In this document: piece by piece, positions 1 through 7,779 of the stretch
Position numbering within the stretch: the stretch's first letter is position 1
Layout: every line of letters begins with the position of its first letter
From: an uncultured candidatus Brocadiaceae bacterium
GTDB lineage: Bacteria > Planctomycetota > Brocadiia > SM23-32
Length of the DNA: 64,000 nt
Direction: 5' to 3'
Assembly: GCA_964434535.1 (NCBI GenBank)
Contig: CAYSWA010000002.1
Span: 78,184-142,183 of the forward strand
The notes under the pieces: generated by a model
The model's input: the letters and a program-made list of their open reading frames with translations, nothing else
The model's database searches: none
Told to the model about the DNA's origin: nothing
Program-made: the position numbers and the translations under genes

Positions 1-589
1 GGACGCGCTCGCCGTGCGGCTCGGCAAAGGGCGAGACGGCGATGGCCCCCTCGTAGCACGCGGCGGAGCCCTCGGCCCCCTCTGTCTGGAGGGAGAGGAT
101 GGCCGGATAGGGGCGCAGGCCGTCGTATCCCCGGGGCACGCAGATGCGGTAGGGGCGCAGCCGCCCGCTGGCCGGCGAGAAGTAAGCGCGCAGGAAAGGC
201 TCCCCGAGGGGGAAGATCGCCCGCCTGCCGTCCTGGAGGCGGCGCAGGTTCGCCTGGATGGCCCGCAGTGCCTGCTCGCGGCGCCGCAGTTCGGCGAGCG
301 AGGGCCGCCCTGCGTCCTGCCGCTGCAACTGCTCAATCTGGAGCTGGAGGGCGGCCGCATCGCGCTCGATGGCGCCGCCCCCTCCGGCGGCCAGCGTGGC
401 CAGGTCGCGCTGGCCGGCCTGAAGGAGCGTGTCCAGGTAGTTGCGGAGCTGCTGCGCCGTCTCGCGGTACTCGGTGCGCACCCGCTGGCGCTGGTAGGTG
501 CTGCGGAACCGGATCAGGCCGAACGTCACCATGGCCAGCGTGAGGGCGATGAGGAAGTGGATCCGGACCGCCTGCTGTCGTCTGGCCAC
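1..589 (-). CDS. hypothetical membrane-anchored protein, N-terminal part only (gene runs off the left edge)
   Basis: Own translation of the minus strand from GTG at 589 gives VARRQQAVRIHFLIALTLAMVTFGLIRF (TM helix), then a Q/L/R-rich coiled-coil-like stretch, then ...PYRICVPRGYDGLRPYPAILSL. The frame stays open to position 1. It is absent from the ORF track because there is no stop in the window. An alternative ATG start is at 532. Confidence 0.55.
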   Translation of the reverse strand, partial: MARRQQAVRIHFLIALTLAMVTFGLIRFRSTYQRQRVRTEYRETAQQLRNYLDTLLQAGQRDLATLAAGGGGAIERDAAALQLQIEQLQRQDAGRPSLAELRRREQALRAIQANLRRLQDGRRAIFPLGEPFLRAYFSPASGRLRPYRICVPRGYDGLRPYPAILSLQTEGAEGSAACYEGAIAVSPFAEPHGERV

Positions 590-653
590 GGTGACGCGTC
601 CCCTCGCTCAGTGGGCAGGGCCGGGCGCGGGCAGCCGCCCGAACGCAATCGGC

Positions 654-682
654 AGTATATCACAAACGCCCCGGCTCGGAAA
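654..682 (-). promoter_or_regulatory. putative promoter of the left-edge gene
   Basis: Minus strand reads TTTCCG-N17-TATACT, with TGa directly upstream of the -10. Confidence 0.4.
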
Positions 683-746
683 CCGGTGCCTGCCTGCGCG
701 CCGAACGCCGAAGGTGCAAAGCAGAGGCCGCAGCCCGATCACAACC

Positions 747-776
747 TTGCAGGTCTCGTCGACGCTCAGGTATCAT
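747..776 (+). promoter_or_regulatory. putative promoter of the PP2C phosphatase gene
   Basis: TTGCAG-N18-TATCAT, 31 nt upstream of ATG 807. Confidence 0.4.
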
Positions 777-806
777 CGAGCCGGCCCTCCTGCGGGAAGG
801 ACGCCC

Positions 807-2417
807 ATGGGATACGACGAGCTGGAGCCGGAGGTCGGGGGCGAAGTGCTCTCGCCCCGGCCGGTCCGCTCCTGGCTGGCGGCGCTGCTGGACGACCTGG
901 CCGGCAAGCTGACCCTGGGCTGGTCGCGGCTGGGGCGTCAGATGCGCGGCTTCGGGCAGCGGGTGGAGGGCGCGGTCTTCCCGGCGGCGCCGCCCGGCCG
1001 GCGCATCTGCCTGGTCGAGTTCGCCTGCGGTCAGGAGGGCCGCACCGTCTGCATCGACGGTGTCACCACCTCGGTCGAGTTGGGCCCGATGGACAGGCTG
1101 GGCGAGTTCCTACAGTCCGTCGGCGTCCGCAGCATCGCCCTGGAGACGGACCTGGAATCCAACCAGGTCTACGACGTGCTGCGCACGCTCTGGAGCGTGC
1201 GCCGGCCGCTGCGGGGGGCGGAGCCGAGCTGGTGGGACCGGCTGCTGGGCCGCCCGGCGGTGCTGCGCGCGCTCACCTCGCCGGAGGGGTTCCACAAGTT
1301 CTGCGCGGCGACTCGGCTCGAGCGGGAGGCCGACCATCTGGAGGTGCGCAACAGCTACTGCCCGCTGACTTTCTCGCGGGCGGTCTCGGGCTACATGGAG
1401 CGCGTCTCGCGGTTCCGCGACCACCGGGCGTTCTTCCACGCGGCGCCGCGCTTCGCCCTGCTGACGGCGCTGGCGGTGCTGGTGCCGACGGCGGTGGCGT
1501 GGTCGACGGGCGGCGTGAGCCACCTGGCGCTGGGGCTCGGAGTTGCCGTCGCCCTGATCATGGGGGCCGGCGCCCTCGTGGTGTTCGAGACGATCGGTGC
1601 AGTGCAGTACGACAAGGAGCACCAGGCCAAGGTCATCCAGGAGCGCCACCAGGCCCTGGTGCGGGCCTACGAGAGCATCCACACGGACCTGGCGCGGGCG
1701 CGCCGGATCCAGCAGGCGCTGATCCCCGGCCAGCAGGTCCAGCCCTTCCCGGACGACGTGTACATCGCGCATGCCTTCGCCCCGGAGATGGCCGTCGGCG
1801 GCGACTATTACGACATCCAGCGCGTCGGCGACGACCGCGTGGCGATCGTCTTCGCCGACGTGGCCGGCCACGGCATGGGCGGGGCGTTCGTGACCGGCAT
1901 CATCAAGACCACCTTCGAGCTGGCCGGCGACCTGGAGGGCTCGGTCAGCGAGTTCATGGCCCTGCTCAACAGGACGCTTGAGCGCATGACCCCGCCGGAG
2001 AGCTTCGCGGCGGTCATCTTCGCCGTCTACGACGTGCCGAACCACGGGCTGCACTACTGCAGCGCCGGGCACAACCCGCCGCCGATGGTCGTGCGGAGGG
2101 CCGAGGCGGGAGTGGAGCGCCTGGAGGAGGCCGCTTCGGTGGTAGCCGGCATCCAGCCCGACGCCGCCTTCGCCGAGGAGGCGGTGGAGCTGGCGCCGGG
2201 CGACAGATTCGTGCTCTGCACCGACGGCATCACCGAGTCCGCCAACGCCCGGGGCGAGCTGTTCGGCGAGGAGCGCCTGCGCGCGCTGCTGGCCGAGACG
2301 GCCCAGCGCCCGGCGCTGGTCGTGCCGGACAGGATCCTGCAGGAAGTGGCGCGCCACGCCGGCGAGACCCCACAGGCCGACGACCGCACCATCGTCGTGA
2401 TGGAAGTGCTGCGGTAG
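807..2417 (+). CDS. membrane-bound PP2C-family (SpoIIE-type) serine phosphatase
   Basis: C-terminal part of ORF 498..2417. Start placed at ATG 807 (MGYDELEPE). Hydrophobic helices (FALLTALAVLVPTAVAW, LGLGVAVALIMGAGALVVF) are followed by SpoIIE motifs GGDYYD, FADVAGHGMGGA, LCTDGITES and ADDRT. Confidence 0.85.
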   Translation: MGYDELEPEVGGEVLSPRPVRSWLAALLDDLAGKLTLGWSRLGRQMRGFGQRVEGAVFPAAPPGRRICLVEFACGQEGRTVCIDGVTTSVELGPMDRLGEFLQSVGVRSIALETDLESNQVYDVLRTLWSVRRPLRGAEPSWWDRLLGRPAVLRALTSPEGFHKFCAATRLEREADHLEVRNSYCPLTFSRAVSGYMERVSRFRDHRAFFHAAPRFALLTALAVLVPTAVAWSTGGVSHLALGLGVAVALIMGAGALVVFETIGAVQYDKEHQAKVIQERHQALVRAYESIHTDLARARRIQQALIPGQQVQPFPDDVYIAHAFAPEMAVGGDYYDIQRVGDDRVAIVFADVAGHGMGGAFVTGIIKTTFELAGDLEGSVSEFMALLNRTLERMTPPESFAAVIFAVYDVPNHGLHYCSAGHNPPPMVVRRAEAGVERLEEAASVVAGIQPDAAFAEEAVELAPGDRFVLCTDGITESANARGELFGEERLRALLAETAQRPALVVPDRILQEVARHAGETPQADDRTIVVMEVLR

Positions 2418-2440
2418 GGCTCAGGTTGAGCGCCGTCCCG

Positions 2441-3373
2441 TCAGGCCGCCCGGCGCTTGCGCGCGGCCGCCAGGCCGACCAGCGCCACGCCGAGCAGCGC
2501 CACCGTGCACGGCTCGGGGATGACCGAGTCCGGGCCGACCACCCCGGCAAGCTCCAGCACCGTGACGCCGTACATGGCCATGCCGCTGTAGCTGCCGCCC
2601 CAGGCCATCGTGTGCGGGCCGGGCGACCAGGTGTCGTAGAGGGCGATCGTGGTCGGATCAAGGTCGTTGTAGCCGAGCCCGAGCATCGAGTGGCCCTCCA
2701 CGTGCAGCACGACGACGCGGCCGGCGTCGATCTCGTCCATGTATTCCGCCAGCGTGAAGCCGCTGCTGGCCGCGTTGTCGGTGTACTGGCTGTAGAGGCT
2801 GACCACCGAGCTGCCGTAGCCGGTGTAGTCGAGGTACTCGTAGATGCCGTAGAGGGCATAGTCGGTCAGCCCGTAGCCGGGCATCTCGTAATAGTGGAGG
2901 GCGGAGCCGCTGGTGTAGTAGTACCACGTAGTCGAGCCGTTGGAGTTTCCCACGGAGTCCTGGCTGGTGCCCATGAAGTCGGCCAGGGAGTTGAAGTTGT
3001 GGTAGGGCGGGTCCACGTCGTCGCCGCTCAGGCCGTAGCCGGCCGACGGGCTCAGGCCGCTGTAGAAGTCGTCGATGTGGCCCTGGCTGGCGATCATGGC
3101 CTGCGTGGCGTCGTGGTTCGGGCCGGCGGTGTGCGTGGAGAGCTCCGCCGTGACGCCGGGCACCAGGTTGTCGTACCCGTTGCGGTCGTAGTAGCCCGTC
3201 ATCATGCCGACGGCGGTCGGCGAGCAGCCGTACCACCAGTCGTAGTCCGGCACGCCGGAGATGACGCCGCCCTCCACGTGCGACGTCAGCAGCGAGGTCG
3301 CCTGGGCGGGGGAAGCACAGAAAACAAACAGGCCGACAAGGAGCAGTCCGACGGCGCGGCGCAGGCCCTTCAT
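2441..3373 (-). CDS. secreted papain-fold (peptidase C39-like) protein with C-terminal PEP-CTERM sorting signal
   Basis: Signal peptide MKGLRRAVGLLLVGLFVFCASPAQA. Cys motif WWYGCSPTAVGMMTGYY and His motif LHVEGHSMLGLGY. C-terminus is IPEPCTVALLGVALVGLAAARKRR (PEP motif, TM helix, basic tail). GGGAGG Shine-Dalgarno upstream. Confidence 0.8.
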   Translation of the reverse strand: MKGLRRAVGLLLVGLFVFCASPAQATSLLTSHVEGGVISGVPDYDWWYGCSPTAVGMMTGYYDRNGYDNLVPGVTAELSTHTAGPNHDATQAMIASQGHIDDFYSGLSPSAGYGLSGDDVDPPYHNFNSLADFMGTSQDSVGNSNGSTTWYYYTSGSALHYYEMPGYGLTDYALYGIYEYLDYTGYGSSVVSLYSQYTDNAASSGFTLAEYMDEIDAGRVVVLHVEGHSMLGLGYNDLDPTTIALYDTWSPGPHTMAWGGSYSGMAMYGVTVLELAGVVGPDSVIPEPCTVALLGVALVGLAAARKRRAA

Positions 3374-3611
3374 CGCGCACCTCCCTGGGAACGGGGTGAA
3401 TAAGGCATAAGCGCGAGCAAAAAGGGTGCCGAACTGTGGCGACGCCGGGGCGTTGCCGCCGGCGCGCCCGCATCCGCTTTCGTGCGCAAGAGTTACGCCG
3501 GAGGGTGCCTCCTCGCAGCGGGCGGCCCCCCTCGGCCATGCCTAAGATGATGGACACGGCGCCCCGAAAGGGTGTTGAGGATCCTCGACAGACGGCCCGC
3601 TGCCTGTCCCT

Positions 3612-4715
3612 TCACAGCTCGCTGACGCGGCGCTCGCCGTCGGTCAGCCAGTCTTCGCTGACCTCGATCCCCCAGCCGGGGCCTTCGGGCACCTTCACTG
3701 CCCCGTCCTCGATCTCCAGCGGTCGCTCCAGCAGGCCGTCCGACCAGGCGGTGTCCTCGATGGTCCACTCCTGCTCGTAGAGGCAGTTGGGCATGGCGGC
3801 GGCGAAGTGGAGGGTGAAGAGCTGCACCATGGCGCGGTTCGCCGCGTGGGGCGTGCAGGCCAGGCCGCTCTCCCGGGCGAGCATCGCCACCCGTCGGGCC
3901 CGGCATATCCCGCCCAGGTAGAGGATGTCGGGCTGGACGATGTCGACCGCCCGCATCGCGATCATGCGGCGGAACTGGGCGAGGCTCACGTCCTGCTCGC
4001 CGCCGGCCACGTAGAGGTCGAGGGCGTCGGCCACCTGGCGCGTGGACTCGATGTCGGGGTAAGGGCAGGGCTCCTCGAAGTGGAAGACGCCGAAGCGCTC
4101 CAGCAGGCGCCCCACGCGGATCGCCTTGTGCGCGGTGTAGCTGCTGTTGGCGTCCACGTTGATGCGCACCTCGTCGCCGAGGGCGCGGCGCACCGTCTCG
4201 ACCAGGGCCTCGGTGCGCCCGGGCCACATGTCCTGGTCGCTGCCCCAGCGGGCGTGGGGGCCGGCGCCGATGCGGATCTTGACGGCCCGGAAGCCCTGCT
4301 CGTGGCAGAGCCGGCTCAGGCGCTCCGCCTCGTCCTCGGGCCCGATGTCGCGGCGCATGCTGGAGGCGTACATGGGCACGGTGTCGCGGGCCGGTCCGCC
4401 GAGCAGGCGGGCGACCGGCCGGCCGAAGAGCCGGCCCTTCAGGTCCCACAGCGCCGTGTCGATGCCGCTCAGGGCGCGGCGCACGAACGAGCCGGGGAAC
4501 TTCATCGTGCGCTCGACGAGCGTCTCGGCGATCTCCTCGATGGCCAGCGGGTCGCGCCCCAGCACGATCGGCGCCAGCATCTCGTGGAGGACTTTCACGG
4601 TGATCGCGCCGCCGTAGGTGGAGCACTGGCCGGTGCCGCACTCGCCGGAGTCGGCGTGGACGCGGCAGACGGGGATGTCGTTGTTCAGGAACGTCTCGAT
4701 CCGCGCGATCTTCAT
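3612..4715 (-). CDS. enolase-superfamily enzyme (mandelate racemase / muconate lactonizing family, probable sugar-acid dehydratase)
   Basis: C-terminal 367 aa of ORF 3612..6746, starting MKIARIETF. Family-typical segments are ALWDLKGR, VKIRIG, INVDANSSYT, FEEPCP, AGGEQD and VQPD. The ATG at 4715 overlaps the upstream stop (ATGA). Confidence 0.85.
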   Translation of the reverse strand: MKIARIETFLNNDIPVCRVHADSGECGTGQCSTYGGAITVKVLHEMLAPIVLGRDPLAIEEIAETLVERTMKFPGSFVRRALSGIDTALWDLKGRLFGRPVARLLGGPARDTVPMYASSMRRDIGPEDEAERLSRLCHEQGFRAVKIRIGAGPHARWGSDQDMWPGRTEALVETVRRALGDEVRINVDANSSYTAHKAIRVGRLLERFGVFHFEEPCPYPDIESTRQVADALDLYVAGGEQDVSLAQFRRMIAMRAVDIVQPDILYLGGICRARRVAMLARESGLACTPHAANRAMVQLFTLHFAAAMPNCLYEQEWTIEDTAWSDGLLERPLEIEDGAVKVPEGPGWGIEVSEDWLTDGERRVSEL

Positions 4716-6778
4716 AGCATCCCCTCGATCAGGTAGGCCTCGAAGAGGCCGAGCTCGGGCGCGGCCGCCGACCATTCGGCGGGCCCGCTGTGCAGCTCCA
4801 GCTCCCGTCCGGCCGCAAGCGCCGTCACCCGCGACGGGCTGCCCGTGCCAAACAGCGTCAGCCCCCCGATGGGCAGCGGCATCTCGACGTGGTTCTTCTG
4901 GCAGCCGGAGTAGTTCAGCAGGTGCACGAGCACGTCGGCGCTCTCGCCGATCCGGTGCGCGGTGAGCTGCACCGCCGGGGGCGCCCCGTGCACCCCGACG
5001 CGCGGCCCGCCGCCGGCGGCCGCCAGGCAGCGGCGCACCCAGTGTGCGATCAGCTCGCGGTGGGCGCTCTGGTAGTAGCGCCAGTAGAGGGCGCCGAGGT
5101 CGAAGGGGAAGTAGACCGCCTCGCCGTCGCCGAGCTTCGCGTGGTAGGCGCCCCACTCGCCCTCGACGGGCGAGTCGGCCGGATCGTCCCACCACTGCAC
5201 CTTCTCGGGCGGGCCGTAGAGGCCGCGCTGAACGGGGTAGAGCGCCTCCGCGCCGTCGCGCGGCCGGCCGCGTCCGAACGCGCCGCAGATGGGGAAGCAG
5301 CGCGTCCCGGGCAGGGCCTCGAGCGGCTCCGCGTCGAGCATGGCGTATGAGGCCCGGCTGTCCTCCAGCACCCGATCGGCCAGGCCGAGGCCGATGCAGT
5401 GCAGCGCGCCCTCGCCCCAGGAGGCCGCGCCCTCGCCGGCGGCCTCGAAGCCGGTGCGGCCTGCGGCGACGATGCGGCCGCCCACGGCCACGTAGGTGTC
5501 GAGCGCGGCGGCGACCGCGGGCGCGAGGGCCGGGTTGTCGGGCAGGACGAGCACGTCGTAGCGTGCCAGGCGGCCCTCGGCGGCCCAGCGCGCCAGCTCG
5601 CCGGCGGCGAGCACGTCGAAGGGGACGTGCGCGTTGAGCAGCGCCAGGTAGAAGCCGCGCATCGCCGCGCTCCACGGCGAGCCCTCGAGCAGAAGCACGC
5701 GGGCGAGCGAGCGCAGGTCCCGGTAGCGTTCCTCGTGCTCGGCCTGGTGGCGGTAGAGGCGGCGGGCCGGCGCGAAGCCCTCCCTGTCCGGCTGGTCGAA
5801 CGTGCCGAGCATGTAGTAGTCCAGGTGCCCGCCGGCGGCCAGGTTGCCGGCGATGCGGGCGGCGGTCAGCCCGGCCGGCTCGGAGGCGAAGCGGTACGGG
5901 ATGTCCAGGAAGTGGTTGGCGCAGCAGCAGACCGTGCGGTCCTCGTAGGTGGTGCGCACGCGGCCCACGGCCCAGGCCGAGTGCAGGTGGTGAAACTCGG
6001 GGTCGCGCCGCCGCAGGGAGCGGTTCGACTCCATGCGCACGATGTCGATGGCCGGGTGGAACATCCAGGTGCAGACGGCGACGTGCCCGCCGAACTCGCG
6101 CACGGTGTCGCGCATCAGCTCGGCGGTCTCGGCGAGCTTTGCCTCCCGGAACGCGTAGTAGTCGCGCAGCGCCGGTTCGGCCGGCTCCTCGGTGGCGGGC
6201 AGCTCCAGGCCGGTCTCCTCGCGGAAGGCCGCCCGGCAGCCCTCGCAGTGGCAGATGCCGTGGTAGTTGCCGCTGTAGTCGGTGGTCTGGAAGCCGAACA
6301 TGTTGAAGAAGACGCCGTCGAGCGGGTAGCGGTCGAGCACCTCGCGCAGGACGGCCGTGCCCTGCTCGCGGTAGTAGCCGCCGCAGATGCAGGTGTGGTA
6401 CTGGCCGTTGTAGTCGACGCGCCGTTTGGCGGGGCTGAGGTAGAACCACTCCGGCCGCTCGTCGAGCGCCGGCTGCGGGCACTTGGAGAAGTCGAACCGG
6501 CCCAGCACCCGGATGCCCGCCGCGTGGGCGCGCTCGACGACCCGCCCGAGCAGGTCGTCCTCCATGTGGGGGTTCACCCGGTGGTACTTCAGGCGGCTCG
6601 GGTACCAGGCCACGATGCCGCCGGCGTTGAACAGCAGCGTGTTGGCGCGCCAGTCCAGCAGGTGGGCGACCAGCTCGTCGGGGTCGAGGTCCGCGTCGGT
6701 CTCGCGCAGGTTGGTCTGGACCATGCGGATGACCTCGGACATCCACCAGCGCGGCTCTTGCGGGGGTATCGTGGGCAT
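4712..6778 (-). CDS. putative glycoside hydrolase (GHL6-like N-terminal domain plus beta-galactosidase-trimerisation-like domain)
   Basis: Part of ORF 4712..7555, starting MPTIPPQEPRWWMSEVIRMVQTNLRETDADLDPDELV. Contains FNAGGIVAWYPS and AAGIRVLGRFDFSK, as I remember for GHL6 proteins. An alternative start is at 6742. Confidence 0.75.
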   Translation of the reverse strand: MPTIPPQEPRWWMSEVIRMVQTNLRETDADLDPDELVAHLLDWRANTLLFNAGGIVAWYPSRLKYHRVNPHMEDDLLGRVVERAHAAGIRVLGRFDFSKCPQPALDERPEWFYLSPAKRRVDYNGQYHTCICGGYYREQGTAVLREVLDRYPLDGVFFNMFGFQTTDYSGNYHGICHCEGCRAAFREETGLELPATEEPAEPALRDYYAFREAKLAETAELMRDTVREFGGHVAVCTWMFHPAIDIVRMESNRSLRRRDPEFHHLHSAWAVGRVRTTYEDRTVCCCANHFLDIPYRFASEPAGLTAARIAGNLAAGGHLDYYMLGTFDQPDREGFAPARRLYRHQAEHEERYRDLRSLARVLLLEGSPWSAAMRGFYLALLNAHVPFDVLAAGELARWAAEGRLARYDVLVLPDNPALAPAVAAALDTYVAVGGRIVAAGRTGFEAAGEGAASWGEGALHCIGLGLADRVLEDSRASYAMLDAEPLEALPGTRCFPICGAFGRGRPRDGAEALYPVQRGLYGPPEKVQWWDDPADSPVEGEWGAYHAKLGDGEAVYFPFDLGALYWRYYQSAHRELIAHWVRRCLAAAGGGPRVGVHGAPPAVQLTAHRIGESADVLVHLLNYSGCQKNHVEMPLPIGGLTLFGTGSPSRVTALAAGRELELHSGPAEWSAAAPELGLFEAYLIEGML

Positions 6779-6852
6779 GGCACGGGCGGTTATGGCATGA
6801 AGGGCCGGCCCTGTCAAAGGGCCGGCCCGTGCGCGAGTGCGCGTCGGCGCAA

Positions 6853-7179
6853 TCAGGGCTGCGCCGTAAAGGATGCGAGGTCTTCGATGCCGAGCATCGC
6901 CTCGAGCTTCCGCAGCGAATCCAGGGCGCCCTCGAAGCCGCCCAGCAGGGCCTCGGCGGGGACGGCCTGCCCGGCGGCGAGGCGGCCGGCGGCCTCCTCG
7001 TAGAGCGTGAGCAGGCGGTGGATCAACCCGTGCTCGCGCATCAGGTCTTCGGTAGGCGGCAGGGGCTCGACCGCGTGTTGCGTCGCTGCCGCCTGTCCCA
7101 AGGCTGTCGGCGACGCAGCGGCAATGCCGGCCCCTGCCATGCCCACCTTCAACAGAAAGCTGCGGCGGGTGGCGTCCAT
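6853..7179 (-). CDS. small Tat-signal protein with hemerythrin-like N-terminal motif (possibly an internally deleted remnant)
   Basis: ORF 6853..7221 with start moved to MDATRRSFLLKVGMAGAGIAAAS (twin-arginine signal). TEDLMREHGLIHRLLTLYEE resembles the first helix of HHE/hemerythrin-domain proteins. The protein is only about 108 aa. Confidence 0.55.
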   Translation of the reverse strand: MDATRRSFLLKVGMAGAGIAAASPTALGQAAATQHAVEPLPPTEDLMREHGLIHRLLTLYEEAAGRLAAGQAVPAEALLGGFEGALDSLRKLEAMLGIEDLASFTAQP

Positions 7180-7717
7180 CCCCCGCTTTCCCCTGCGATA
7201 GCGCGCGCTCCGGCTCCCCAACCCCCGGCTGCCCGCTTCCGGCGCGCAACAGCCTGATCATACCCCCGCCCGGCCGGATGCGCAAGCCGAAAACCGCGCC
7301 CTGTCCGCACGCGGTCTCCCCGCCCGCTCGGCTCACCAGCGCACCGGTAGCCCGGCGCCAGCCCCGGGGTTTGCGCGGCCCCCCCCACTGAGCCCCTGAA
7401 AGGGGCGGCATAACCGCGCCGACCTGACGGGTGGCGGTGGGGCCCGCAGAAAAACCCGACTTCGCGGCTTCTCGACAGTCAAGGTGCATCTCGATGGCTG
7501 AAAAACCCCTTTCGGGCTGCCATGTCCCGCCGGACAAACGGCCGCCAGCGAGCACTGGGCCATTCGATTATGCAATGGCGAACGATGGAGGGCAGTTCCC
7601 GTCGTTGCGCGCGTCCGAAGAACGTCATCCTCAGCCCCGCGTGCACGGAAGCCGGCCCTATCGAACGGCGTGCCCGCACGGGGCACCGTAGCGGCAGGGA
7701 ATCTGGAGGGCGGGCGA

Positions 7718-7746
7718 TTTCGGCGGCGACGCAGCGGGGCTATAAT
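7718..7746 (+). promoter_or_regulatory. putative promoter of the M16 peptidase gene
   Basis: TTTCGG-N17-TATAAT, 34 nt upstream of ATG 7780. The same TTTCGG-N17-TATAAT arrangement recurs at 25050. Confidence 0.4.
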
Positions 7747-7779
7747 GGACGGAGTGCCCCTGTCCCGGAACCCACGGAG

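Noticed and set aside
6779-6795. TGGCACGGGCGGTTATGG looks like a sigma54 -24/-12 element.
   Set aside because: The -12 element is TTAT rather than TTGC, and no plus-strand gene lies downstream. No other TGGCAC-N5-TTGC site was found by eye in the spacers.
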